Assembly: GCA_030390025.1 (NCBI GenBank)
Contig: CM059431.1
Location: 101,000,001 to 101,064,000 of the forward strand
Reading direction: 5' to 3'
Origin: Squalus acanthias
Taxonomy: Eukaryota
Length of the DNA: 64,000 nt
Position numbers and translations under genes: made by a program. Below, piece after piece: positions 1 through 11,604 of this stretch. How positions within the stretch are numbered: position 1 is the first letter of the stretch; each line of letters opens with the position of its first letter. The notes under the pieces are model-generated. The model ran no database searches and had not been told where the DNA came from. It saw nothing but the letters and a program-made list of their open reading frames with translations.

Positions 1-189
1 TCCTACTTCCTGACCCACCTCACTTTGATTCCAGTATCAAAATCTCTCAACTCTTTGTGTGAAAAAATGAAGAAAAACAAAATATGTACATAATTAAATT
101 AAAGAATGATGATGGAATTTGTTGGGACACACCATGACTAAAAGACACAGTATCGTTCTGACGATGTTGCCTATGTTTTGCAACCTAAC

Positions 190-458
190 GCGAGGCGGCG
201 GCGGTAAAAGGCGGCAGCGACCAGGTAGGCCCACAGAGGCGGCGGACCTGGGTGGAGCAACAGCGGCGAGGCGGCGGCGGTAAAAGGCGGCAGCGACCAG
301 GTAGACCCACAGAGGCGGCGGACCTGGGTGGAGCAACAGCGGCGAGGCGGCGGCGGTAAAAGGCGGCAGCGACCAGGTAGGCCCACAGAGGCGGCGGACC
401 TGGGTGGAGCAACAGCGGCGAGGCGGCGGCGGTAAAAGGCGGCAGCGACCAGGTAGGC
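190..458 (+). repeat. 76-bp GC-rich tandem monomer array (~3.5 copies) in the CR1 5'UTR
   Basis: gagcaacagc recurs at 255, 331 and 407 (period 76); the copies are nearly identical. Confidence 0.95.
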
Positions 459-665
459 TTTCACCAAGCCGAGAGCAGGAGAGGTAAAAAATAATCGAAG
501 TGTGACGTCACCAGAAAGCAGGTAAGTGATTGGTTGGTGAGTATTTCTCTTTTTTTTTATACAAAACTTCAATTTTATTGTTTCTCGGGTATCTGTGGTG
601 TAGCAGAGACTGCTGGCATAAATTAACTGAAGGGTAAATAATACATTTTTAATTAATTACATAGA

Positions 666-1622
666 ATGGGAGAGCAGGTGATGTGTTACTGCTGCAATAT
701 GTGGGAGCTGGTGGACACCATTGATGTTCACGGTGAACACATTTGCAGTAAGTGTTGGCTGCTCGAGGAACTCCGGCTCCGTGTTGATGAGCTGGAGTCC
801 GAGCTTCAAACACTGCGACACATCAGGGAGGGGGAGAGTTACCTGGACTCCGTGTTTCAGGAGGTAGTCACACCAATTAGAGTAACTAATTCAGAAGTAG
901 CCCGTGGTCAGGGACAGGAAGGTGTGACTACGAGTGAGGCAGGTACAGGGATCCAGGAGGTAGTGTTGGAGGAGCCGCAGCCCTTGCTCTTGTCCAACAG
1001 GTTCGAGGCTCTTACTCCCTGTGTGGATAGGAGCGGGGACTGCAGGGAGGATGAGCAACCTGGCCACAGCACCGTGGTAAGGGGGGCCATTCAAGTGGGG
1101 GGAGTAAAAAGAAATGTTGTAGTGGTAGGGGATAGTATCATTAGGGGGATAGATAGGGTTCTTTGCAGCCAAGAGCGAGAGTCCCGAAGGCTGTGTTGCC
1201 TGCCCGGTGCCAGGGTTAAGGACATCTCCTCTGGGCTGGAGAGAAACTTGGAGTGGGAGGGGGAGGATCCAGTTGTCGTGGTCCATGTTGGTACCAATGA
1301 CATAGATAGGACAAGGAAAGAGGTTCTGCTGAGGGAGTTTGAGCAGCTAGGGGTCAAATTAAAAAGCAGAACCTCGAGGGTAATAATCTCTGGATTACTA
1401 CCTGAGCCACGAGCAAATTTGGCTAGGGTAAATAAAATCAGGGAGTTGAATGCGTGGCTCAAAGACTGGTGTGGGAAAAATGGGTTTTGCTTCTTGGGAC
1501 ACTGGCACCAGTACTGGGGCAGGAGAGAGCTGTTCCGTTGGGACGGACTTCACTTGGCCAGTGCTGGGACTAGTGTCCTGGCGAATCGAATAACTAGGGC
1601 TGTGGAGAGGGCTTTAAACTAA
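666..1622 (+). CDS. CR1 ORF1p: Zn-finger/leucine zipper plus SGNH/GDSL esterase domain
   Basis: CxxC...CxxC followed by a heptad coiled coil; esterase motifs VGDSII, VGTND and DGLHL all present. Confidence 0.92.
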   Translation: MGEQVMCYCCNMWELVDTIDVHGEHICSKCWLLEELRLRVDELESELQTLRHIREGESYLDSVFQEVVTPIRVTNSEVARGQGQEGVTTSEAGTGIQEVVLEEPQPLLLSNRFEALTPCVDRSGDCREDEQPGHSTVVRGAIQVGGVKRNVVVVGDSIIRGIDRVLCSQERESRRLCCLPGARVKDISSGLERNLEWEGEDPVVVVHVGTNDIDRTRKEVLLREFEQLGVKLKSRTSRVIISGLLPEPRANLARVNKIRELNAWLKDWCGKNGFCFLGHWHQYWGRRELFRWDGLHLASAGTSVLANRITRAVERALN

Positions 1623-1660
1623 TTAGTGGGGGGGAGGTTTCAAGAGAGCAAAAAATAAAA

Positions 1661-4612
1661 ATGACAACAGAGAGGGTCATAGACATAGGTAGCAGTAGGG
1701 GAATCACAAATCAGAGCGTGGCAGGAAGGGACAGAGTGTGTGGAGTAAAAGGTAAACTGGTAAAAAGTGAAAAAGCAGGAACTAAGTGCCACAAAGCATA
1801 TTTGAAAGTTCTCTATCTGAATGCACGTAGCATTCGTAACAAAATAGACGAGTTAATGGCACAAATAACTACATATGGTTATGATATTGTGGCCATTACA
1901 GAAACATGGCTGCAGGGTGACAATGCCTGGGAATTAAACATACCAGGTTATTTAACGATCAGGAAGGACAGGCAGGAAGGAAGGGGAGGTGGGGTGGCTA
2001 TGTTAATAAAGGAAGGAATCACTGTAATACAGAGTAATGATATTGGGTCAAAAAATCATGATAATGAAACAGTTTGGGTGGAGATAAGGAATAATAAGGG
2101 GAAAAAAACATTAGTGGGCGTAGTCTATAGGCCTCCGAACAGTTGCAACTCTATTGGACGGAGTATCAATCAGGAAATAGTTGAGGCATGTAATAAGGGA
2201 ACATCTATAATTATGGGGGATTTTAACTATCATATTAATTGGACAAATCAAATGGGGCAGGGCTGCCTTGAGGATGAGTTCATTGAGTGTATTAGGGATG
2301 GGTTTCTTGAGCAGTATGTAACTGAACCGACCAGGGGGCAAGCAACCTTAGATCTGGTCCTGTGTAACGAGACAGGATTAATTAAAAATGTCCTAGTAAA
2401 GGATCCCCTTGGAATGAGTGACCATAACATGGTTGAATTCCATATTCAATTAGAGGGTGAGAAGGTTGGATCTCAAACAAGCGTGCTAAGCTTGAATAAA
2501 GGAGACTATGAAGGTATGCGAGCGGAATTGAGTAGAGTGGATTGGGAAAATAGATTAAAGGGTAAGACGACACATGATCAGTGGTGTACATTCAAGGAGT
2601 TATTTTACAACTTCCAAAAAAAATATATTCCACTGAAAAGAAAAGGGTGTAAAAGAAAGGACAGTCATCCGTGGCTAAGTAAAGAAATTAAGGATAGTAT
2701 TCGACTAAAAACAAGGGCATATAAGGTAGCGAAATCTAGTGGGAGGACAGAGGATTGGGAAAACTTTAAAAGGCAGCAAAAAATAACAAAAAGATTGATT
2801 AAGAAAGGGAAGATAGATTATGAAAGTAAATTAGCAAAAAATATAAAAACAGATAGTAAGAGTTTTTATAGTTATATAAAAAGAAAAAGGGTGGCTAAAG
2901 TAAATGTTGGTCCCTTAGAGGATGAGACCGGGAAATTAATGGTGGGAAATATGGAGATGGCAAAAACACTGAATGAATATTTTGTATCAGTCTTTACAGT
3001 AGAGGACACTAAGAATATCCCAACACTGGACAAACAGGGGGCTATAGGGGGAGAGGAGCTAAACACGATCAAAATCACTAAGGAAGTGGTACTCGGTAAA
3101 ATAATGGGACTCAAGGCGGATAAATCACCTGGACCTGATGGCTTACATCCTAGAGTCTTGAAGGAAGTGGCGGTAGGGATTGTAGATGCATTGGTAATAA
3201 TTTTTCAAAACTCCCTGGATTCCGCTAAGGTCCCGGCAGACTGGAAAACTGCTAATGTAACACCCTTATTTAAAAAGGGCAGTAGACAGAAGGCTGGTAA
3301 CTATAGACCGGTTAGCCTAACATCTGTGGTAGGTAAAATTTTGGAGTCCATTATTAAGGAAACAGTAACAGGACATTTGGATAATCATAATTTAATAGGA
3401 CAAAGTCAGCATGGTTTTACGAAGGGGAAGTCATGTTTGACAAATTTGCTGGAGTTCTTTGAGGAAGTAACATATAGAGTGGATAAAGGGGAACCAGTGG
3501 ACGTAGTGTATTTAGACTTCCAAAAGGCATTTGACAAGGTGCCACACAAAAGATTATTGCTTAAGGTAAAAAATCACGGGATTGGGGGTAATATTCTGGC
3601 ATGGATAGAGGATTGGCTATCTAACAGAAAGCAAAGAGTTGGGATAAATGGTTCATTCTCAGACTGGCAATCAGTAACTAGTGGTGTTCCACAGGGGTCA
3701 GTGCTGGGTCCCCAACTCTTCACAATCTATATTAACGATTTGGAGGAAGGGACCAAGTGTAACATATCAAAATTTGCAGATGATACAAAGATGGGAGGGA
3801 AAGTAGTGAGTGAGGAGGACATAAAAAACCTGCAAGGGGACATAGACAGGCTAAGTAAGTGGGCAGAGATTTGGCAGATGGAATACAACACTGGAAAGTG
3901 TGAGGTGATGCACTTTGGCAGGAAAAATCCTAGAGCAATTTATTATCTTAATGGCAAGAAACTGGAGAGTACTGAAGTGCAAAGGGATCTGGGGGTCCTG
4001 GTGCACGAAACTCAAAAGGTTAGTATGCAGGTGCAGCAAGTGATTAAGAAGGCAAATGGAATGTTGGCTTTCATTGCTAGGGGGATAGAATATAAAAATA
4101 GGGAGGTATTGCTTCAGTTGTACAAGGTATTGGTGAGACCGCACCTGGAATACTGCATACAGTTTTGGTGTCCTTACTTAAGGAAAGACATCCTTGCTCT
4201 CGAGGCAGTGCAAAAAAGGTTCACTCGGTTAATCCCGGGGATGAGGGGGTGGTCATATGAGGAGAGGTTGGGTAGATTGGGACTCTACTCATTGGAGTTC
4301 AGAAGAATGAGAGGCGATCTTATTGAAACATATAAGATTGTGAAGGGGTTGGATCGGGTGGATGCGGGGAGGATGTTCCCGATGACGGGTGAGACGAGAA
4401 CTAGGGGACATAGTCTTAGAATAAGGGGCTGCTCTTTCAAAACTGAGATGAGGAGGAACTACTTCACTCAGAGGGTGGTAGGTCCATGGAATATGCTGCC
4501 ACAAAAAGCTGTAGAAGCTACAACATTAATTAAATTTAAAACAGAAATAGACAGTTTCCTAGAAGTAAAGGGCATTAAGGGTTACGGGGAGCGGGCAGGA
4601 ATTTGGACATGA
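1661..4612 (+). CDS. CR1 ORF2p: APE endonuclease plus reverse transcriptase
   Basis: 983 aa open frame. APE motifs NARS, ITETW, GDFN, SDH; RT motifs GVPQGSVLGP and FADD. Confidence 0.97.
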   Translation: MTTERVIDIGSSRGITNQSVAGRDRVCGVKGKLVKSEKAGTKCHKAYLKVLYLNARSIRNKIDELMAQITTYGYDIVAITETWLQGDNAWELNIPGYLTIRKDRQEGRGGGVAMLIKEGITVIQSNDIGSKNHDNETVWVEIRNNKGKKTLVGVVYRPPNSCNSIGRSINQEIVEACNKGTSIIMGDFNYHINWTNQMGQGCLEDEFIECIRDGFLEQYVTEPTRGQATLDLVLCNETGLIKNVLVKDPLGMSDHNMVEFHIQLEGEKVGSQTSVLSLNKGDYEGMRAELSRVDWENRLKGKTTHDQWCTFKELFYNFQKKYIPLKRKGCKRKDSHPWLSKEIKDSIRLKTRAYKVAKSSGRTEDWENFKRQQKITKRLIKKGKIDYESKLAKNIKTDSKSFYSYIKRKRVAKVNVGPLEDETGKLMVGNMEMAKTLNEYFVSVFTVEDTKNIPTLDKQGAIGGEELNTIKITKEVVLGKIMGLKADKSPGPDGLHPRVLKEVAVGIVDALVIIFQNSLDSAKVPADWKTANVTPLFKKGSRQKAGNYRPVSLTSVVGKILESIIKETVTGHLDNHNLIGQSQHGFTKGKSCLTNLLEFFEEVTYRVDKGEPVDVVYLDFQKAFDKVPHKRLLLKVKNHGIGGNILAWIEDWLSNRKQRVGINGSFSDWQSVTSGVPQGSVLGPQLFTIYINDLEEGTKCNISKFADDTKMGGKVVSEEDIKNLQGDIDRLSKWAEIWQMEYNTGKCEVMHFGRKNPRAIYYLNGKKLESTEVQRDLGVLVHETQKVSMQVQQVIKKANGMLAFIARGIEYKNREVLLQLYKVLVRPHLEYCIQFWCPYLRKDILALEAVQKRFTRLIPGMRGWSYEERLGRLGLYSLEFRRMRGDLIETYKIVKGLDRVDAGRMFPMTGETRTRGHSLRIRGCSFKTEMRRNYFTQRVVGPWNMLPQKAVEATTLIKFKTEIDSFLEVKGIKGYGERAGIWT

Positions 4613-4882
4613 GTCTAGGTTCGGATCGGTCATGGCCCTGTGGGTAGTGGAGCGGGCCCAGGGACTGTGTAGCCTGATTCTGCTCCTATTTCGTGTGTGC
4701 AATTCTGTTAGATGCAGGAGATGGTTCTGTGATAGATAGTAGATTGGCGGTTAGGATCAGATCAGCCATGATCTTATTGAATGGCGGAGCAGGCTCGAGG
4801 GGCCGATTGGCCTACTCCTGCTCCTATTTCTTATGTTCTTATGTTCTTACTTAAAAGGGGGAAGAAACAGTGTTGGAATAAT

Positions 4883-5262
4883 ACTGAGAGGTGACCTGAT
4901 TGAGGTCTTTAAAATTTTGAAGGGGTTCGATAGGGTAGACACAGAGAAGATGTTTCCACTTGTGGGGGAGACCAAAACTAGGGGCCATAAATATAAGATA
5001 GTCACTAATAAATTCAATAGGGAATTCAGGAGAAACTTCTTTACTCAGAGAGCGGTGAGAATGTGGAACTCACTACCACAGGGAGTGGTTGAGGTGACCA
5101 GCATTAAAGGGAAGCTAGATAAGTACATGAGGGAGAAAGGAATAGAAGGATATGCTGATAGGGTGGGATGAAGTAGGGTGGGAGAGGGCTCGTGTGGAGC
5201 AGAAACACCTGCCTGGACCTGTTGGGCCGAATGGCCTGTTTCTGTGCTGTACATTCTATGTA
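4883..5262 (+). mobile_element. CR1 3' fragment
   Basis: LRGDLIEVFKI...FFTQR..WNSLP peptide followed by a CR1 tail. Confidence 0.85.
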
Positions 5263-5309
5263 ACACCTCAGAAATTCCTACTGCCCCTCATTTGAACCAT
5301 AATGCCATT

Positions 5310-6055
5310 AAATAGTGAAAAGCTAAAAACAGTGAAGGTCCAAAGAGACTTGGGGGTCCAGGTACATAGATCATTAAAATGACATGAACAGGTACAGAAA
5401 ATAATCAAAAAGGCTAATGGAATGCTGGCCTTTATATCTAGAGAACTAGAACACAAGGGGGTAGAAGTTATGCTGCAGCTGTACAAAGCCCTGGTTAGAC
5501 CACACCTGGAGCACTGTGAGCAAATCTGGGCATCACACCTTAGGAAGGATATATTGGCCTTGGAGGGAGTGCAGCGTAGGTTTACCAGAATGATACCTGG
5601 ACTCCAAGGGTTAAATTACGAGGAGAGATTACACAAATTAGGGTTGTATTCCCTAGAATTTAGAAGGTTAAGGGGTGATTTGATTGAAGTTTTCAAGATA
5701 TTAAAGGGAGCAGATAGAGTAGATAGAGAGAAACTATTTCCACTGGTTGGGGAGTCTAGGACTAGGGAGCATAGTCTAAAAATTAGAGCCAGACCTTTCA
5801 GGAGTGAAATTAGGAAACATTTCTACACACAAAGGATGGTAGAAGTTTGGAACTCTCTTCCGCAAATGGAAATTGATGCTAGATCAGTTGTTAATTTTAA
5901 ATCTGAGATTGATAGCTTTCTGTTAACCAAAGGTATTAAGGGATCTGGGCCAAAGGCGGGTATATGGAGTTAGGTCGCAGATCAGCCATGATCTCATTGA
6001 CTGGCGGAACAGGCTTGAGGGGCTCAATGGCCTCCTCCTGTTCCTACGTTCCTAT
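5310..6055 (+). mobile_element. CR1 3' fragment
   Basis: ORF 5422-5973 matches the ORF2 C-terminus; followed by a CR1 tail. Confidence 0.9.
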
Positions 6056-6444
6056 ACGGTTTACATTATTAACTATTACTTGATTGTTCCATTCCTTTAA
6101 AAGGTGGCTATAAAAATAATACTTGCTGGCTGGCCCAAATGTGTTGACAGTTTATAACTTGTCAGACTGCCTTCAACAACTGTGGAACACATTAGGGTTT
6201 TCAGACACCTATTACTAATGTAAATAAACACTATCCATATCTATGCGACCAAACAGTAATTTAACTCTACTGGAAATAAACAAAAAAGCCAATCACGATT
6301 CAACTATAATCCTGCTTTTATCCTCTCGTGTGACCAACCTAAGTTTCTGTTTCACATTTTGGAATTCACTATTCCTTACAGTGCTGCACTTTGTATCATG
6401 CAGACACGAGGCAGTACAATAAAAAACCTCGGCACAGCTACAGA

Positions 6445-7015
6445 GATAGAACTGAAAAGCAGAGAAGTTATGTTAAACTTGTATAAAACCTTGGTTAGAC
6501 CACACTTAGAGTACTGTACACAGTTCTGGTCTCCATATTATAAAAAGGATACAGAGGCACCGGAGAAGGTGCAAAAAAAGATTCACAAGGATGATACCAG
6601 AACTGAGAGGTTATCACTATCAGGAATGGCTGAACAGGCTTCCAGAAAAGAGAAGGCTGAGGGGTGACCTGATAGAGGTCTTTAAGAGTATTTAAGGGTA
6701 GACGTAGAGAAGATGTTTCCACTTGTGGGGAAGATCAAAACTAGGGGCATTAAATATAAGACAGTCACCAATAAATCCAATAGGGAATTCAGGAGAAGCT
6801 TCTTTACCCAGAGAGTGGTGAGAATGTGGAACTCGCTCCCACAGGGAGTGGTTGAGGCGAATAGCATAGGAGCATTTAAGGGGAAGCTAGAAAAGTACAT
6901 GAGGTAAAAAGGAAGAGAAGGATGTGTTTATAGCGTGAGGTGAAGTAGGCTGGGAGGAGGCTTGAGTGGAGCAGTTGGGCTGAATGGCCTGTTTCTATGC
7001 TGGAAATTCGATGTA
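6445..7015 (+). mobile_element. CR1 3' fragment, frameshifted
   Basis: [17 protein letters not shown] and FFTQRVVRMWNSLP peptides. Confidence 0.85.
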
Positions 7016-7240
7016 AGTAATAACACTGATATTTCCCTCCCAATTCAAAAGTGTGCATTCCAATTTTGTCACTGCAACTAACAGCAGAAAAGTTATGTAG
7101 ATTTTAAATTCACAACAAATTAAGTCCAGTTGAAATAAAATCCATTATTTCATTTCAAATGCATTTCACATATTCTCGCTCTTCAAAATATTTATTTTCT
7201 TGCCCATTTTAGCTTTCTACTGTGTACTGTAATGTTCACT

Positions 7241-8835
7241 CAACAACAACAACTTGTATTTATATAGCGCCTTTAACGTAGTAAAACGTTCCAAGGCGCT
7301 GCACAGGAGTATTAAAAGACAAAAAAAATTGACACCGAGCCACATAAGGATAAATTAATGCAGGTGACCAAAAGCTTGGTCAAAGAGGTAGGTTTTAAGG
7401 AGCATCTTAAAGGAGGAGAGAGAGGTAGAGAGGCGGAGAGGTTTAGGCAGGGAATTCCAGAGCTTAGGGCCTAAGCAACAGAAGGCATGGTCACCAATGG
7501 TTGAGCGATTATAATCAGGGATGCTCAAGAGGCCAGAATTAGAGGAGCGCAGAGATCTCGGGGGGTTGTGGGGCTGAAGGAGATTGCAGAGATAGGGAGG
7601 GGCGAGGCCATGGAGGGATTTGAAAACAATGATGAGAATTTTGAAATCGAGGCGCTGCTTAACCAGGAGCCAATGTAGGTCAGTGAGCACAGGGGGTGAT
7701 GGGCGAACGGGACTTGGTGCGAGTTAGGACACGGGCAGCAGAGTTTTGGATGACCTCAAGTTTACGTTGGATAGAATGTGGGAGGCCAGCCAGGAGTGTG
7801 TTGGAATAGTCAAGTCTAGAGGTAACAAAGGCATGGATGAGGGTTTCAGCAGCGGATGAGCTGAGGCAAGGGCGAAGATGAGTGATGTTACGGAGGTGGA
7901 AATAGGCGGTCTTAGTTATGCTGCGGATATGTGGCCAGAAGCTCATTTCAGGGTCAAATATGACACCAAGGTTGCGAACAGTGTGGTTCAGCCTCAGACA
8001 GATGTTAGGGAGAGGGATGGAGTCAGTGGCTAGGGAACAGAGTTTGTGGCGGGGACCGAAAACAATGGCTTCGGTCCTCCCAATATGTAATTGGAGAAAA
8101 TTTCTGCTCATCCAGAACTGGATGTCGGACAAGCAGTCTGACAATTTAGAGACCGTGAGGGGTCGAGAGAAGTGGTAGTGAGGTAGAGCTGGGTGTCGTC
8201 AGCGTACATGTGGAAACTGCCGCTGTGTTTTCGGATGATGTCGCCAAGGGGCAACATGTAGATGAGAAACAGAAGGGGGCCTAGGATAGATCCTTGGGGA
8301 CACCAGAGGTAATGATGCAGGAGCGGGAAGAGAAGCCGTTGCAGGTGATTCTCTGGCTACGATTAGATAGATAAGAATGGATCCAGGCGAGTGTAGTCCC
8401 ACCCAGCTGGATGACGGTGGAGCGGTGATGGAGAAGGATGGAGTTGTCAACTGTGTCAAAGGCTGCAGACAGGTCGAGAAGGACGAGGAGGGATAGTTTA
8501 CCTTTGTCACAGTCACAAAGGATGTCATTTGTGACTTTGATGAGAGCCGTTTCGATACTGTGGCAAGAGCGGAAACCTGATTGGAGGGATTCAAACATGG
8601 AATTGCGGGAAAGATAGGCACGGATTAGGGAGGCGACAACACGTTCAAAGAATTGGAGAGGAACGGGGGGGTTGGAGATGGGGCGGTAGTTTGCAAGGAC
8701 GGAGGGGGTCAAGGGTTTTTTTTTGAGGGGAGGGGTGATGACGGCAGATTTGAGGGAGAGGGGGACAGTACCTGAGGAGGGTGAACCGTTAACAATGTCA
8801 GCTAACATGGGAGGTAGAAAAGGAAGTTGGGTGGT
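7241..8835 (-). mobile_element. L2-clade LINE, 5'-truncated and degenerate
   Basis: RT peptides [29 protein letters not shown]; tail aaaggcgctatataaatacaag(ttg)n. Confidence 0.9.
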
Positions 8836-8868
8836 CATTAAGAGAATGAACAATTTGAAGCAACATGA

Positions 8869-9293
8869 GAGAAAGACTTGCATTTATATTGTACTTTACA
8901 CCACTTCAGGATGTCTCAAAGCGCTTTACAGCCAATGAAGTACTTTTGAAGTAATGTAGGAATTTGCGCACAGCAAGCTCCCATAAACAGTAATGTGATA
9001 ATCTATTTCTGTAATGTTGATTGAGGGAGAAATATTGGCCGGGACACCAGAGACAACTCCCCTGCTCTTCTTCGGAATAGTGCAATGGGATCTTTTACGT
9101 CCACCTGTGAGAGCAGACGGGGCCTCGGTTTAACGTCTTATCTGAAAGACAGCGCTTCTGACAGTGCGGCGCTCCCTCAGTACTGCACTGGAGTGTCAGC
9201 CTAGATTTTTGTGCTCAAGTCTCTGGAGTGGGACTTGAACCCACACCCTCTGACTCGGCGGCGAGAGTGCGACCCACTGAGCCTCGGCTCACA
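8869..9293 (-). mobile_element. tRNA-derived DeuSINE (SacSINE1-like)
   Basis: tRNA-like head with A/B boxes, Deu core, L2-like tail. Confidence 0.85.
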
Positions 9294-9877
9294 CTTGATT
9301 AGTGCCATGGGATCTGTTGCATCAACCTGCGATGTTTATCTACGTTAAAGGCGCTACATAAATGCAAGATGTTGTCATAGCATAACTTCCACCCCTTTGT
9401 AGTAAAGACCCCATTGAGATAAACGCTAACATTGCATTGAAACCTGCCTGCTCTGTGAGGCTCAGATGTTCACTGAATAAATTCACCGAATGGTTGAGGG
9501 AATCCCAATTAGATGTAGTTGGTCTTTTGTCATCTAGCTGTGTGTTCTCAAAAGATTTATCTACATTTGTCATCAAGTCTTTGGAATATCAATTAGGTTA
9601 GAGTTTTCACAGCTGTTGTATACGCAAAGCCAGGAAACAACCAGCAAATGTCTAGTACTAACAAAAGAGTGTTGATTAGTTTAGCACCTAGTATCGTTGA
9701 TTTTTCAATACCATGTAAACAACTCAGTAGTCATCTCAAGTTGACAAACATTTAACAATTAAACTATCATAAAATACTGTATCAACTAATTCAGCAAGCT
9801 AGTCATTAAAATGTTAAAACAGCTCAACAAGCCTCTAGGTACCATATTTATTGCTACATGGCTACTAGGGTCGATAT

Positions 9878-10110
9878 CATAGAATCATACCACGCAGAAG
9901 GAGGCCATTTGGCCCATCGTGTCTGTGCCGGCTCTTTGAAAGAGCTCTCCACTCCCCTCTGCTCTTTCCCCAGAGCCCTGTAAATTTCTCCTTTTCAAGT
10001 ATTTATCCAATTCCCTTTTGAAAGTTACTATTGAATCTGCTTCCACCGCCCTTTCAGGCAGCGCATTCCAGATCACAACAACTCGCTGCATAAAATTTAT
10101 TTTCCTCATT
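9878..10110 (-). mobile_element. CR1 3' tail fragment
   Basis: WNALPERAVEADS peptide and (atgattct) tail. Confidence 0.8.
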
Positions 10111-10284
10111 TTCCCTCCTTGATTCTTTGCCAGGTAACAGTTTCAAAGTTGCACAATAAGGAAAGTTTAATTAATACAATTTCAGTACAGATAATCAAAT
10201 TTTAAAATCTACTCGTCAATCTCCTGTGACATTCAAGACCAAGTGTAGGATATGGATCCAGCAGAGTTAGAAGGCAGCGGTTAA

Positions 10285-10685
10285 TTTTTTTATTCATTCA
10301 CAGGATGTGGGTGTCGCTGGCAAGGCCAGCATTTATTGCCCATCCCTAGTTGCCCTTGAGAAGGTGGTGGTGAGTCGCCTTCTTGAACCGCTGCAGTCCG
10401 TGTGGTGAAGGTGCTCCCACAGTGCTGTTAGGGAGGGAGTTCCAGGATTTTGACCCAGCGACGATGAAGGAACGGCCGATATATTTCCAAGTCAGGATGG
10501 TGTGTGACTTGGAGGGGAACTTGGAGGTGGTGGTATTCCCATGCGCCTGCTGCCCTTGTCCTTCAAGGTGATAGAGGTCATGGGTTTGGGAGATGCTGCC
10601 AAAGTAGCTGTGGCAAGTTGCAGCAGTGCATCTTGTAGATGGTACACACTGCAGACACGGTGCGCCGGTGGTGGAGGGAGTGAAT
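10285..10685 (-). mobile_element. 3' fragment of a second CR1-group LINE family
   Basis: Same sequence family as 30775-31530 and 44295-44815. Confidence 0.75.
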
Positions 10686-10709
10686 TGGACCAAGGCATGT
10701 AAGGCGGCA

Positions 10710-11010
10710 AGAGGGAGGAGGCAGTTAGGAGGAGGAAGATGAAGTGGGGGGGGGGGGGGAGGAAGAGGAAGAAAGGGGGGGAGAGAGGGTAAAGGAATCA
10801 GAGAGCAGAAAAACGCATGAGATGGAGGGAGGAAGCAGGTGAGACAAACGGGAGAGGAGAGAGAGGTTGGATAAAGGGAGGGAGGGGAGGACAGAAAATG
10901 GGAATAGGAGAAGGGAGTGGAGAGAGGCAGAGGATGAGGAAAGGAGATGGAAGTCCTCCAGGGGGGAGGGGCAGTGAGAGGGAGAGCGGGAAGCAGGGAG
11001 GTCGCAAATA
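10710..11010. repeat. GA-rich low-complexity tract
   Basis: Purine-dominated sequence with poly-G runs. Confidence 0.8.
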
Positions 11011-11256
11011 CAAAGAAGATATGACTGGCTCAGGATCAGGGGAGCCAGCCTGAAAACACACTCAGCAAGGGAGGGTTGCAAAGGATTGCCTAAATTATTG
11101 AAATGATTCCCAATTTCAGGCCTGCCTCCCTGTCAGGCCCAGATGGATATCTACCCCAATGAGTGTCGGGAGCTTATTTGACCATGTGGGGACAGCATCG
11201 CAGTGGGGACAGCATCGCAGTCGACCCAGATCACGCTGGCATGCAAAAGTGGAAGG

Positions 11257-11463
11257 TAGACACGCAAACACAGGTGCATGCACGTACACACGCCCACGCA
11301 TATGCACACACACCCACGTCCGCACACCCACGCCCCCACACACACTCATGCCCACCCACACCTGCCCACCCATGCCCGCACACACACCCACGCACAGACA
11401 CACACCCACGCACAGACACACACCCACGCCCGCACACATACACACCCACGCCCGCACACACAC
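11257..11463. repeat. CA-rich degenerate minisatellite (cacacacccacg units)
   Basis: Repeated cacacacccacg(cacaga) motifs. Confidence 0.85.
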
Positions 11464-11604
11464 AGGTGACTGGATAGTGATTGGCAGCGGGAACCCTGCA
11501 TGGGTTTCCCCCTCTCCCTAACCCAGAAGCACTGAAGCAAATGGCACTACCCCCAGCTGAGACGACTTCACTCAGCACAGACTAGGGTTGGAAAGGCAAA
11601 AGTG

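Larger units (their letters stand above)
190..4849 (+). mobile_element. Full-length CR1-clade LINE (HER1-like), potentially active
   Basis: GC-rich repeated 5'UTR, two uninterrupted ORFs, and the conserved CR1 tail (gatcagccatgatc...cctactcctgctcctatttc) ending in (ttatgttc)n. No clear TSD seen. Confidence 0.95.

Noticed and set aside
105..162. C/D snoRNA-like boxes (ATGATGA...CTGA)
   Set aside because: Short span, no terminal stem and no recognisable guide sequence.
190..458. CRISPR-like regular repeats
   Set aside because: Head-to-tail tandem units with no unique spacers and no cas genes; this is eukaryotic LINE 5'UTR sequence.
10725..11578. Overlapping ORFs rich in S/L/P or H/T/C/V
   Set aside because: Artefacts of GA- and CA-rich low-complexity repeats.
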